DNA of 64,000 bases from Haplodiscus bocki (Eukaryota), in assembly GCA_965655095.1 (NCBI GenBank), contig OZ296650.1, forward strand, positions 114,266,001 through 114,330,000, given 5' to 3'. The notes under the pieces were generated by a model that was not told the origin of the DNA, ran no database searches, and was given only the letters and a program-made list of their open reading frames with translations. Both the position numbers and the translations under genes were made by a program. Of this stretch, positions 41,121-54,678 are shown in pieces. Every line of letters begins with the position of its first letter. The stretch's first letter is position 1.

Positions 41121-41899
41121 CTGGCTTTGTTCAGATTTTCTTCTTCCGCTTGAAACTTCATATGACGTGATTTTTTACACTTTCATCTTACCTGTGATTT
41201 GGGCGTTTTTTGTGAAAATATGTATCCCTTTCAGATGTTTCGGTGACTGGAATAAAATTAAAACAAGTAAGTCTAGTGCGAATGTTCTTTTCAGATGAAC
41301 GTGTCGGAGTTTTCCCGCTTAGTGATCGGAAATAGCAAAGGAGGGAGGTAACCAGTTGTGTCGGCAACCCTGGGAAATCCATTTAGTTGGGACCAGCGGA
41401 ACAGGTCTGCTGTTTAACAAAATCATCAAAAGAACGACCGGAGAATCAAGATCAACGAGAGCGTCATTTCCTCGAGGGAACGTCTAAGTCTTGAACAGCG
41501 AGAAACAGTAGATACGCACATTTAGCCCAACTTTTTTTTTCGACACACTTATACTTTATCGTCATTTTAGACACTTTTCTGAGACTGAGATTCTGCATAT
41601 TCATTTTGGTTACTTCACTGACAGAGAGTCTGGCTCAGCAGCGCAGTACGAGATTTAGAAGTGAATCACATGAGATGAGTGGAGAGAAGTCTGTGTATGT
41701 GAGCATTTTGAACTCCCTTTTGACCCGTTTGATTCTGGCTCCTAGCATCCCGGAGAAAGTAAGCAGAATGAGCAACAGTCCTCTTATGGCAACTTGGAGC
41801 TCCGCAAAACCCTTCTCGAACCAAATGTTCTAACCGCGTCTTGAAAAATTGTCTACTTTCATCGCTTTTAGCAGCCTGTTTATGAAAGACCTGTTTGTG

Positions 41900-42500
41900 T
41901 TTGTTGAAAGACCCCGAAGTGTTTTCATGGAATAGTAGTGACCTTCAAAAGTTCAGCATTGAAGGCATTTCGAAGTTCAATTGGTCGCGAGTCTTCTATG
42001 TCATCCCATAAATTGGGCTTCGTTTCCATGCACGACCATTTCTATTGATTCCTTCCTTAATAAGCTTTTCAATGAACAATTCAATTAATTTGAGTCCTCA
42101 ATTCATAGAAACGGTTGACTTGAAATCGTCATAGGTGAAGACAAAGTTTTGGCATGTTTTGATGAATCCTGTGGTGAAGTAATAAAAAATGCCATTTCTG
42201 CTACTTAGGCAACAGCTGTTCGGCTTGAAAGTCATGTCTTTTTCATCAAGCACAATTTGTTGCAACAAGGAAAGTGTGTTGCGTTACCGTGAACAAAACG
42301 CAACCCATATTGATATCTTAAAAAAGGAATAGGTGGGCTGTTGAAAATTTTCGACAGGGATGTCCAGTTTGCGGATGCTGCTTTCATGCAAGAAGCCTAG
42401 GAGCAGCCAGCACGTGTCCTCTTTGGACGTTTGCTTACTGATCTCACTACTACATGCCACCATTCGAGGTCTTGTGCTCTGATTTGTAATTTTGACGACT
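41900..42500 (+). pseudogene. Polinton packaging ATPase remnant (copy 2)
   Basis: In frame from 42149: LACFDESCGEVIKNAISAT*ATAVRLESHVFFIKHNLLQQGK (Walker B FDD, the GRH position and KHNLFxQ). Then EQNATHIDILK and FMQEA*EQPARVLFGRLLTDLT (cf. PFGHLLIDL). Confidence 0.8.
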
Positions 42501-45500
42501 ACATAGGACGCAGTCTTGACTTTAATCCGACAAACAGGAACCGCTGTAAGAAAAGAGCCAAATTCTGCAAAAACAAACCGAAAAGTAATTCTCTACCACA
42601 CAGTCGTGCATCGTCTAATGAAGTACAACTGCCGATAGCTGTCCTCGTTTCAAAGATTTGTTCCAGTACGATCCTGAAATACTGTCAGATCACACAGAAA
42701 GAAGTCAATACCAGCAATCTATAACAGGGGGAAATCTGCCAATTATACCATTTTCTGCCTTATCGCCAACGGCTTGAAACTGGCGGTGAACTTCAAACTT
42801 TTTGTCGGAGTAATTAAAGCCAGTGTTCCACACTAAAAAATCGTAACAAACGACTTTGACCATGTGGTTCAATGAACCAAATTCAAATCTTCAACAATAA
42901 TTGTCGAACTTATACTTGTTCCCCTAAAGTTCTATACAGCGTCGAAGTTGCACGTCTTTCCTTCCAATAGCACCTCAATTGACAACTGATTCTCACAAAC
43001 AAAAACCCAATCAGCCTACACAACAGTTATCGGGTAACTTCGAAACATATTTGGAGCGATGTGCTGCTTCGGACATTATTGTCGCAAAGCAGAACCATGA
43101 CCAAGCGGGAGAGACAAACGTGGAGACAGCAGTCAAATTTGAGACAGATCCGAAATTGCTCATTGAAACGAGGCAGCTGTTGTTGATTCTTGAATTACTT
43201 TTGAATAGTGACATACTACTTCAGTGCAGCTGAGAGCGCTGTCATGGATAAGGCAACGTCTTTTGATAATAGAAGAATAATAGAGACTGATTTTCGCAAT
43301 TTGCATTTGCATGGTATATGTATTTAATCATATGTTTAATTTTTTTGTTTTGCTTTCTATATTTTCCGAGGCAGATTTTTTTGAATGGTAGCATTCAACT
43401 GTAGAACTTTTTCATTTGCTTCCGTTTTTCAGTTCATATTTCGCGTGTAAATCAATTCACAACAGCAACCCAACTATTTTTAATCACTATATAAATAAAT
43501 CTCCAAACCTTCTATATTGTAGTGGTTTTAGAGCAGCTATCAAGGCTGGTTCGAGGGGCTTCGTGACGTGAGAAGCTGTGGCATTCTCCTCGGAAAATGT
43601 TTTTTGCAGCAAGCCGCTCCGAATTCGTCAACATTTTAGAGAGTAGCACCAAGTCAAATGCTGCATTGCCAAATGCAAGAAGACAATCCGAAAGCAAATT
43701 AGTGGTGGAAGTCGTCAAGCTCCGAGGAGTTGCGCTTTGCGGAGAACGAAGACTACAAAATTCTTCCCCAAAAGAGTGACCAAAACGAAGAACAGTAGAG
43801 AAAACAAGAATCAATGTCGTAGTTAAATAAGAAAACCATAAACAAAAGCCGAGAGTTGGCCACGTTCCAAGCCACGTGAAGAAACAAAAAGAAGAAATCG
43901 AAAAGACTTCTCAGTTCTTTAGTTGATCGCGTTTGATCATTTATCGTAAAAATTTCACCCTTGCAACTGATTTTGCTTTCTGTACTCCAAAAAGGTGATT
44001 TCTTTACATCGCAGTCGTTCATCTAGCTACTGAGTCATACCAAATTTTTCTGTTTTTTTTTCTGAGCCGCCGGGGGCCAGCTTGGATTCAGGTTGATCGT
44101 TTTTTTGGTGATCCGATGTTCTTGTTGAATTCGGACGAAGATTTCATGAAGGAGTTTTCACACCAGCAAGTGCTGGTCGACCAGTAGTGGATTTCGATTT
44201 GCAGAGTTCAAAAACTGACAGTGATGGTACCGCTTTAATCGTGGTCAATCCATTTGTGAAATTAGAAGTCAGGGAGGATGAAGTCAAAGAAAGGCGTTTG
44301 GCTGGCTTGGAGGAGCTTCCACCCACCGCGGAGCCTCAAATCGAGGTGGAGCGTTCCAACACGACATTGAGCGTGGTCGAAGTGTGTCAAATGAAAAACT
44401 CCCAAAATCCTGGGCTGATTGAGCGAGACTTTTGCATCGGCAGAATCATTTTAGAGTTAATTTAGCATAGACTAAACGAAAAGAAGAGTTCCGAGCTCTC
44501 TGAAGAACTCCAAAACTGTTCGATGTTTTTGGGAAGGACGTAGGTGGCGGAAGCTAGAAAAAAAGTTTACGAACTTCGTCTTGAGTTTCCCAAACTCCCG
44601 AGAGTTGGCTCGGTTTTTTCACCGATTTAGCTGACTCAGGCATTGCAACCTAATAAAAATGTCTGTGGTGCCGAGCGGGCTTTTTGGGGCGATGTTCGAA
44701 ATCTATGCTGTTTTTGTGTTTTGTATTATATTTATACTTACTATTCAAAACGATTGGAAATGGGCCTCAATTGGCATCTGATGATCCATTCAAATGAAAT
44801 TTTAATGATTTACTCAGATCGAAGTTGTCCATTCTGAAACCGGAAAAATATGTGAAAACGGCTGATGCCCAATTGCTACTCGTCTTTTTACGCTTTTTGG
44901 TACGACGTTTTGTGGCCTCGTCCGAAATAAGGAATTCCATGCGACATTTGAATTTTTTCCTCAAAACGCAGGAGAGCTGTTTAGGAGTGCAGGAAGTACC
45001 ACACAGAGGATCATACTAGCGGTAAGAGCGCACGAATTGGAAGAACTTTCAAAGTTTTCCGAATTTCTATCCGCCTTGGGCGGCGGCTATGTTTTTTATT
45101 TTGTGACGTCATCTGGTTTAAACGGTCAGAAACGATCCTTCTTGAAACATTTTGGCATGTGCTTGTTCATTTTGGCGTTCTGAAAACTGCAAAATCTTTG
45201 AACATTAGTCTGAAAATGTGTGTTGCCGTAACGTACTGTCAGAAAAGATACGGATTTTATTTGGTGGGAATCCTTTGGGACAGAATTTTAGTTTTTCTAA
45301 TCTAATCTAGAAAGATTTGAGAAAAGTGGCATAGAGGAAGTTTATTCGAGTATTACGTAATTTAAACTTCAATCCATGCCACTTAGAATGCAATGGTATT
45401 CGTTTGAGAATTTTGGGACCAATAATGCTTTACTTAGATTTTTTCATTTTACTCCTGTGTATTAATACCTAAACTTTTATTGCTCCACCTTGAAATACCC

Positions 45501-46402
45501 AAATGTCACCAAACTTTGCTTAGCAGACCCCGCAGCCTACAGAAAACCGTGATAAAGTTTTATCGCTGAAAATAGTCAGAAAAATTAATTTAATCGACAA
45601 TTTAGTTGATTTAGCTGATACAATTATTGAAATTCATTAGAAACTTTTTTCATTATATTTTGTTTGCTCAGTCAGGCAGATTTATCATTTGTGAGCTTTT
45701 GACTTTTTAGTCCAATCAGTAGTTGATTGAGATCTGGCGAGTAAAAGGAATGTAAATATTGTTGTAGTTTGAGGCATTTGAATGAGCAAAATTTGTCATG
45801 CAATTCCGAATTCTTGTTTTGATACATCTGTATCTATGAATTTTTCTACTCCCGTATAAACAATCCTGGAGTTTGCAAACAAATATCATTGTAAACTACG
45901 AAATTCTAAGGTACTTTTGTCCCGACCAAAAGTTATGAATGTTCCAGCACAGTTATGCCCCACCCCGGTTGTCTTCGAATGCTTCTGGTCATATTCTTTT
46001 ATTTTGGCAGTACCACTCTGCACACTAAAGCATAACCGTTGCTACTACATATAGCACAGTTTTTCTTGTCTTCTCGTTTGACTTCGCCACGTTCTCTCTT
46101 CACTCTAAGATTATTAGGTTATTTTATTGCACTAATTGATGACGGCATGTTTTGTTGTAGATTATATGAGTTTTTAGAGGGCTTAGGTTTCAGCCACATT
46201 CGCTCTAGTTTGAAAATTTGGCAAAAAGAATCCAGATTTGTTAGAATGGGCGAAGAGTTGCTTGAATGACATCAATCCAACGCTTCTCTCTATTTTTATC
46301 CTAGATGATGGCTGCAATCGTTATTTGATCCACACGTGTGTCTTCACTGAAGGAGTATCAAAAATATTCAAAATGATATATCTGTATTGTTGAAAATATT
46401 GT

Positions 46403-46602
46403 TTATCTGTATTTGCTTGGAGTGTTACCGCAAAAGGTGTTTTCGTTGCAAAGCACGTTTTTTTGGCAGCACTGCACAATTGAAGAAGCAATGCAACATT
46501 TGTAGTACTCAGAGCAGTAGACACCTGCTAGACAACAGTCATACTCTTGAGGAATGCAAATGTCCCCGCAGCACTTTTTGTTTACCTTGGAGCAGCACGC
46601 AC
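46403..46602 (-). CDS. Cys-rich membrane protein, last coding exon
   Basis: Acceptor ttgtttag|, phase 1. Translates GACCSKVNKKCCGDICIPQEYDCCLAGVYCSEYYKCCIASSIVQCCQKNVLCNENTFCGNTPSKYR*. Confidence 0.85.
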
Positions 46603-47467
46603 CTAAACAATCATGGATTTCTATTATAAACTCACTAATAAAAAATTATCCAATTCCCAATCAATTGATACATTCCGAATTTTGATTGATTTTAATTCTA
46701 CAGCCCTTCTATTATTCTTTGTAATCTAGTTAGTATTTGGCATTTTTTTTCGAAAAAAAATATCCTTTTTGCCATAAATCATAAACTAACATGACTTGAT
46801 AGCAAATTTTGAAGTTTTTGAAGACTTGAAGTCAAAAAGGATCCTATTTTTTTTTTGTTTTGGTAAATATTTCAGATATATGATGGTTGTAAATGAACTT
46901 TTTTGACCAGAGTGATTCAATGTTTATCAGATATGTATCATTAAAAACATCGGATTCATTTGTGTTTGTAATAAATACCAAGATAAAACCCTGTTGCCAA
47001 ATCAAGTTGTCATTATTGAAATTCGTTTTACTATGTTAACAGAGCTCTTTCCATAGCGGCATCGTGATGTGTGGTTACAAGTGTTTCATTTAGCCTTACT
47101 AGCGCTAAGTTCTACATGTACCTTTAATCAGGCTTTTAGCACTGTTATTAGGCGAATTAAAGGCCCAAACTTATTTTAGCGATTCACTTCAGCGGTTTTC
47201 AAGTCCTCTTTCCCACATGAAAACTGTGTAGATTTTGCAGACAGAAAATCTTCTACGGACAACAGAAGGCCATATTATGACATCTTTCCAAAAATTTGGC
47301 GTCTGATTACCTTTTGATGTCTCGATAATGTTTGTCAGAAGCATATTCGCGAAATTTCATCCATTTCAACTTTGAGGAAAAATGATGAATTTTTTTTTGA
47401 ATTTTGATTTAAATTTTCAAAACTTGATCTTGATTTGAATACGATTTGAATGGCAGTAGCGCTTTAC

Positions 47468-47718
47468 CTGCGCAACAAGCGCTGCCAGGGGAGCAACAAG
47501 ACCCATAACCATCTGCATCGGTACAGCAAGTGGCTTCTTTCTTACAGCACTGGTAATCTGCGTCGTATTTGTTCTTTTTTGCGAGCACACACTTGAAGTA
47601 GCCCTCTTGACAGGCCTGCTTTCCCCCCATAAAATGAGGCAAAAACGTGAATGCCATCGCCAGCAGAAATAGAAACAAAATAAAGAGAGCCTCTTTGATT
47701 CTGTAGTGGTACAACAAT
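47468..47718 (-). CDS. Cys-rich membrane protein, transmembrane plus Cys-rich exon
   Basis: Acceptor tccctcag| (alternative same-phase acceptor gives start 47700), donor gcag|gtaaag. Translates RLLYHYRIKEALFILFLFLLAMAFTFLPHFMGGKQACQEGYFKC...QCCKKEATCCTDADGYGSCCSPGSACCA. Confidence 0.85.
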
Positions 47719-48054
47719 CTGAGGGAGGACAATTTCAGGGATGCTCAAATCATTTTGTGAAAGCTGAAACTTCTGCAATTTCTGTGTCATTTCTTTTTGA
47801 AATACTGATAAAAATAAACACATCAGAGCACAAATCTTCTAGTCGAATATCACCATCTTTCCAAAAATTTAGGAATATTAGGAATTTCCAAAAATGTCTA
47901 GTAAAAGTTTCTTCGAATTTTATCTAGTTTACAATATTTTTTATTTGAAAGTACTACGGCCAATATTGAAAAAGTCACGAATTGTCATTTTGAGACAATT
48001 TTGGCTCAAATGGGTGGTTTTTTCAATTTTCAAATTAAAAAGATTAAAAAAATT

Positions 48055-48263
48055 CCCCTGATCATCCTGAAGCCACTGATATGTTTTGAATCAAAAACTT
48101 TTTTTAAATAGTAAAAATAACGAGCTCCGAAATTAAAGAATATCGAATTTGCATGTATTAAATAGGAGTTTGAAGTTTGCCAAAATAAAACTTCCATTTC
48201 ATAAAAAAACTCTAGATATCGTTGATATCAAAAAGTATCAGTGGCTTCAGGAGCCTCAGGAGA
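48055..48263. mobile_element. MITE-like inverted-repeat element
   Basis: tcctgaagccactgata at ~48064 and tatcagtggcttcagga at ~48236 are perfect inverted copies with imperfect extensions. Confidence 0.65.
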
Positions 48264-51178
48264 TTTTTAGGGGACGAAAAGTTTGGCGAAAAGAATTTTA
48301 AATCACACTCAAGTTTACGTAAAAGTGCAAAATCAATAGAAATTGTCTCAAGTGGACTAATAGTATTTGCGTATTTATCTTACTAGTGAAAGAGTTTTCT
48401 CAAATTAGATCTGTTTTGACTGCCTTGATGCGTTTGTTTTATCACTATTGTATATATTGCAATAAGCCTTTTCCCGAAGGTCAAAATTTCTGACTAGCGG
48501 AAACTGGCGAGTGGGTTTTCCGGTGGAGTGGAAGGTTTCACAGAGTGAGCCATGAAATTTTTAATGCAGTTTGAATTCCTGAATTGGATATTGCAAGATC
48601 TTTTCGACGAAAAACGAGCAACAATTTCCAAAACGACAGAGGTTACAAAAATTTTGAGCTTTGTACAAAAATTTTGAACAACCAATCTTGCCATTACGAA
48701 TTTGTTCTGACCAGTTTTTTTTAAAAGGGCATTGAGTAGGAAGCTTAGAATCCAAAAACTGATATATAGGTATTGAGCGATAGCTTTGCGCCTCTTGGTT
48801 TTTCTCTTGGTTTTTTTTCTTCGCTTCAATTTCGGAGGAATGATCGAATACAACGCAACAGCATTGAATTGTGGACAAGTCGAGGGAGGGGGAGAAGAAT
48901 GTAAATCCGATGGAATTGAATAGTCTGTCTATGGTAACCTTATGAGAACTCCCGCTTTTGAATATCTTTCATTCTCCTTAATAGTGAACGTCTGTCAACT
49001 TTCATCCAGTTTCTAGTAATCTTAATCGATTCAATTGACTTTTGTTGTTGCTAAGTGAAAATAACTCAGTCACTGAAAATTTTCCAAACTTTGGGACTTT
49101 TATTCGCTTTGATATCTTTGGCTTTTCCAAAATATTACGTAAAATTGGCTTACTTCATCTCTTTTTGACTGTGCTCATTTGCTAACGCTGAATGCTTAGC
49201 ATCCTTGATGCCTATGTTCTTGCTTATTAACAAACAAGACGGACGATTACCACCGGCATTTTTTTCGCCCTCTGATTTTGTTACAGTCGCTTTTTAGAAA
49301 TGATGAAAACGTTTTTTTTTTCAAAAAATACTCATATTTTCTAATTTTTCTGATTTTAAAATTGTGTATTTTTTTTTGCTGAAAAACTTACAATTAAAGT
49401 GGAAAATACATCAAAAAATAATATCAAGTGATACGCGTTCTTCAGCAAATTTGCAACCTTCACCAATTTTGAAAAAATAGAAATTTTTTTCACAAAACCA
49501 TTTCAAAAAACCCAAGTTTGATTGCATTTGAGAAATCTTACTATTTCAGTCGCATTCTACGGCCAATTTGCTATAATTTGATGATTCAATTTCAGAATCG
49601 TCCTCCGGTCATTCTGACTGGACAATTGCCAATTAAACGTTGAAAAATGCACAGTTTGAGCTGATGATTTTCCTTCCATATTATAAATATGGGCGGAAAA
49701 TAATACAGAACAACGTTTCGCATCCCTGAATGATGTTGGAAGTTCTTGGCTTGGTTTGTTAATTTGGATATGATCTGCGAGAGTACTGGACGAATGATTC
49801 TCCGGAAGCAGGGAGTCTTGTTCGTTGCCCTGAGAAGTGTTAGCTGTACTTTGATAGTTCATTTCCGCATTCTGGGTTTTCGAATTTCCCAGTTCTTTAT
49901 CGGTCCAATCTTCTAGCATATGCCTCCTTGCGAAAGGTTTGCGAAATCAAGGCTGTTTTAATCCAATTAACAGGTTGAGTAGGCGATGATCGATTAAATT
50001 AAAAACTTATTTGGGCAGTGAATTGAATGACTAGAGCCGTAGCGGTTAAAGGTTTTGAACCGGCTACCAAACATGTAACCGATGAAATGAAACATGCTAT
50101 TCTGCTTCGATAATGTTATTTTATTCGCTGTTCGCGTGGCAATACCTCCAGAGTCCTGCAACTTTACCTAGTTCGGAAAGCGTAATTAGCTGTTTTTGAA
50201 TTGTATATTCGGCAATAAAATGCTTTGATAAAGCGTCTTTAGAGACCTTGCATAAGCTTGTTTGTTTTCACATTTGAACAAGTTGTGATATTTCTGCATT
50301 ACCAGAACTTGAAAAATATAGAAGTGCTGGCCCTCTAAATAATGATTTTAAAACTAGTTTTGAATTTTCAAATAACAATTTGATAAAAAAAGCTCGAAAT
50401 TTGAAACTTATTCATTTAAAACGTGATTGAAACCTCTGAACTAAATCAAATTTACCATGCTAGAGATTTTTTCCCGTCTTTCCAGAAGACAGAAATTCGG
50501 CGAAAAATCTGCGCAGGCGTCAAAATATTCACGGTTCTTGTAGTACTGACGCTTTCTTCTTGTCAAAATAGCGACTAACAATGATATGTACTTTCCTTTC
50601 GTTTGATGGTAATATTGATCGACCAGTTTTGTCGAAAAAGTTAAAATTTTATTTGCGGTCCTACAAATTCAAATTTTCCAAAGATTTGAATAATTATTTG
50701 TATCGTTTTTACACTTAGAAATAGGTTGAAACTTTTTAGACGTGCAGCACTGATATACAGTCCTCTAAGACGGAAACGGCCTAAGTCGGGTCATGATTTT
50801 TCGGTACTTGCTTTTGAAAAAAATGTATTGGGATTTTTTGTTTTGGGATTCTTGTATTCTTTTGCAAAATATATTACGTTTCTAGGCTTTGGGTTACCTT
50901 TTCGAGGACGGAGAAGGGAAGACCTAGGACTTCGTCGAATTCGATGGTATTAAAAAATAAAAAAACAAAAGTCGCTAATAGTCGGGAATTTTTTTCCTAT
51001 AAAAAGTGCGGACTGGAAGTTTGTGTTTTTGCTCCGGTTGACCGATTAACTGTTTTAATTTTCAGAAGTTAACGGGTTGAGGATAAAATAAACTGCTGAC
51101 AGCTTTATGAATAACTGAAAATTTCATCTTCTTGCATCAATCAATCTTCACTCGAATTTAGGTATCGCAGACCGTTAC

Positions 51179-51379
51179 CTTTCTTCTGCGCGGTTGTCAC
51201 AAGCGTTTTGGCGAGTTATGCTGTGATGGTTTTTACTGCTACTAAGTGATTTTGTCACTGGAGTTTTCCCGTATGATGCACGTTCATTGTTTCGAGAAGA
51301 GACTTGTCTGGCAGGAGACAGTGGCAATGCGGCAACTGCCTCATAATCAGCGTGTGGCGCTGGGTATATGATAACCGCC
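51179..51379 (-). CDS. Cys-rich membrane protein, internal exon (phase 2-2, 201 bp)
   Basis: Acceptor ttttcttcattttag|, donor aag|gtaacg, open frame AVIIYPAPHADYEAVAALPLSPARQVSSRNNERASYGKTPVTKS...DNRAEE. Confidence 0.75.
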
Positions 51380-52202
51380 CTAAAATGAAGAAAATAAAAT
51401 TCTTAATCAAACACTCATGTTATCATCAAATCATGACACCATAAAGATGTATCATTTTCAGCCCATATTTAAATATGGATGGAAAATCAGTCACTCGCCG
51501 CTTGCGTTTTCTGCTTGCTATTTTTTGGCTACTTTTCGTCAATATTTTTGTCCTCTATTCTGGAAACTATGCCCAAAAAAGACCAATGCTGTAATGAGGG
51601 ATCCCAAGGAGACACTAATAGGTCTTCAACTAAGTTTTCGTTGCATTCAAAAAATATTTTGATGTTTTTTAGCGAAAAAAAAATCAAAAATTGAGCCTAT
51701 TCGAAGATTTTGAAACTATGCTAAAAGCTAAGTTTGAAAGTGACCCAGATGTTGCGGATGCTTAAAGAAGAAACAGTTTTTCACATACTACATTTTGTTG
51801 CACTCAAGAAATTTTTAAATGGTTTGTTTCATCGCAAAAAAAAACTAAATTCGGTGTATTTTTGCTTTTCAAAAAGTTGTTTCATCAAAATTTTTGTTGT
51901 GCATCCTGGAAGATGAGTCTGAAAATGGCCTTTATTTGGCAGAGGCACGAGAAAGAGACTCCAATGTATTACATACTACTTTAGCATTGTGGTCAGAAAA
52001 ATTTTCGATTGTTTTTCTGCGTCAAAAAACTTGGAAAATTTGTTTACTGTCTTAATTTTAAGTCCTTAGATTTATACCTAATCGCTCCAAGTCCACTGAG
52101 GTTTCAAGTAAAAAATAATGGCACAGTTTTCTTGCTTTTTCGAGAAGCTGTCATGACCCTGGCACAAATGTCCTTAGTGCTCTGTTTTTACTTGTGTTCA
52201 CC

Positions 52203-53736
52203 GTTTAAATGCCATTTCGTCCTACGCCATTTCAACCGCTTCAAATTCAACCGTTCACACTTTCAACCGCTTGCAAATTCAACCGCCGCAATTTCAACCT
52301 ATTTATTTGAGTCCAAGGTTATTCAATTTTTTCAGGACGTTCGAAAACAATTAAAGTAATTAAAGAATCAATAGGACGTCATCTATAGGATAGTCTTATT
52401 TGAACATTTTTCGAAAGGGTTAGCCAGCCCGTAGTCCAAATGTACTTCAATCTCATTGTATCTTGGATTAAACTGTACAGCCAGTCTTGTTAATGTTCTG
52501 AGACCCACTCCGGTAGGCTGCAAGGAGGCGTTACGACAAAAAATCAAAGATTCAATCAACTTGATATTTCTTTTTCTGCAAAAAAAAACAAAAAACTGAG
52601 TTTTATTCAGAAGACCGATAAGAATAAAGCAAAGTAAAGGAAAAAAACTTACCAAAAATCTGTATCTTTATCAAATTTACACAATCCATGTAGAGTTGTC
52701 CGGTTTTGCTCCACCTTCTGTATATGTACTGCTACCGAACAAAACAGAAAACACCTATAATAGAATGATTGAATTGCTGAGTGAAGAAACGAACCCCAAC
52801 CCTGGCAAAACACTGGCAGACTTCGAAAAGGCGGCGTTGAATACTTCCAGCAAAAAGTTCCCTCTTTCAGAAATATCGTGCTGTTATCTCCACAGAAGCT
52901 ATCTTTTAACCGCAAAGTCAATGAGATCGGATTGAAAACTTATTACGAAAATTAAATTCGGGGAACCAGTGTTGGGGTTCGTTTCTTCACTCAGCATTTC
53001 AACATTCTATCAAAAGTTTTTTCTGTTTTGTTCGGTAGCAGTACATATACAGAAGGTGGAGCAAAACTGTGCAACTCTACATGGATTGTGTAAATTTGAT
53101 AAAGATAGATTTTTCGTAACTTTGTTTCTTTTATTTTGCTTTAATTATTCTTTTGTCTTCTGAATAAAACTCTAGTTTTTTTTGATTTTTTGCAGAAAAA
53201 AAATTAAGATGAGGGGATCTTTGATATTTGTCGTGACGCCTCCTTGCAGCCTCCCGGAGTGCGTCTTAGAACATTAACATGACTGGCTGTACAGTTTAAT
53301 CCAAGAGACACTGTCTCTTGGGAGATCGGAAGTGCATTTGGACTACGGGCTGGCTAACCCGTTAGAAAAATGTTCAAAGCCGGTGACAAGAAATCAAAAT
53401 CCCCCAAGTTTTTTGTACTAGTGAGATGCAAATTGCATATGATTTCTTTCTGGTGAAGTTCGAAAACATCGTTTGCAAGCTTGGTACATATGGTAGTTTG
53501 TCCAATATGACCTTTGGAATTCATGTAAGACTGTTTTATTGATGACGTCCAATTGATTCTTTAATTACTTTAATTGTTTTCAAACGTCTTGAAAAAATTG
53601 AATAACCTTGAACTTAATTAAATAGGTCGAATTTGGTGCGGTTGAATTTGCAGGTGGTCGAAAGACAGGCGGTTGAAAGTGTAAACGGTTAGAAATGAAG
53701 CGGTTGAAATGGCATAGGACGGAATGTCCTGACACC
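52203..53736. mobile_element. Palindromic non-autonomous Mutator-like element (MULE) with an inverted-duplicated transposase fragment and 9-bp TSD
   Basis: Arms 52203-52805 and 52966-53736 are inverted. Flanks are gtgttcacc (52194-52202) and gtgtttacc (53737-53745). The + strand at ~52670-52893 reads YQIYTIHVELSGFAPPSVYVLLPNKTENTYNRM...LADFEKAALN...FPLSEISCCYLH (MULE transposase core). Confidence 0.9.
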
Positions 53737-54678
53737 GTGTTTACCAATGGTACGATTCTACAAAGCTCTACAAAAATAGTGCAATGCTTGACTTCGAATT
53801 GTTTTTACTGGCAATTTTCAGCAACTTTGCTGTAAATGCTGAGAGAATGCGATTTTTTAAATATGAAAGCTGAAGACATATATCATATGGTCTATGCTGA
53901 CTTTTTTTTTGCGAGACCACCAAATCTATGTCAAAGGGACTTCTCCCTAATTTGACGATTACAAACGCAGTGGCTATATCTTGGGTTGTAAAGCTGTGTC
54001 CCTATCTATAGAAATGACTTTCAACTTCGAAAGTGTCGAACTGTCCAACTTTTTTTATATTTGCTAGTCAAAAGTTAATCATCAAGCGCTAGTTTTGCTC
54101 GTTTCCACCAACTTTTTGCTACGTTCTTTTCTTCGTAGAATTGGACAAAATTATTCGAAAATTTTTGGCTCAAATTTTGCTATTTTTGACACTTTTCGCT
54201 CATTAACCTTGCAAGTCATCTGTATATCTACGCAACATGCATTAATTAAAACAATACCTTGAATTTGGAGAAATTTTCCACTTATTTTAACGTTTCGTCG
54301 AAAGGAGCGTTTTCAGTGAGCCAAAAATAGCTAATTTTGTAATTTGCCCTGAATTTCTGCACATATGCTATTCATATACTGTAGTAGCCTAGTGTTTGCT
54401 TAATCGAAACTTTCGAAATTTTCGAAATTTTTATCAAAACTGATCCTTGACACTTCTGCTGACAAAAATCGGTTACTGTTATTTTCACGAGTCAACTTTT
54501 TTGTGACGTTGTAACTAACGTTAATTGTCAGCCGCATAAAAAAGTTCGGAAAGCCGGACAAAAAGTTTTCAGCGCCGAAGTTTTCATCTAATTAAATTTT
54601 GAATATGGATTCATTGTATCGGTTCAATGCAGTCTAACAGTTTCGAATTCAAGAGTTCCGTTGGCTGCATGGTCTTAC

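Larger units (their letters stand above)
36950..43260. mobile_element. Cluster of decayed Polinton/Maverick (adintovirus-like) fragments in both orientations
   Basis: Two A32-like packaging ATPase remnants and a Polinton-type integrase remnant, separated by T-rich spacers. Boundaries are approximate. Confidence 0.75.

Noticed and set aside
19125-45125. aaacc....gacgtca motifs at ~19135 and inverted at ~45105 as Polinton TIRs
   Set aside because: Similarity covers only about 17 bp and does not extend; no terminal AG repeats or TSD were seen.
47542-47823. 93-aa alternative-frame ORF over the Cys-rich exon
   Set aside because: The Cys-rich frame is the one supported by splice phases on both sides.
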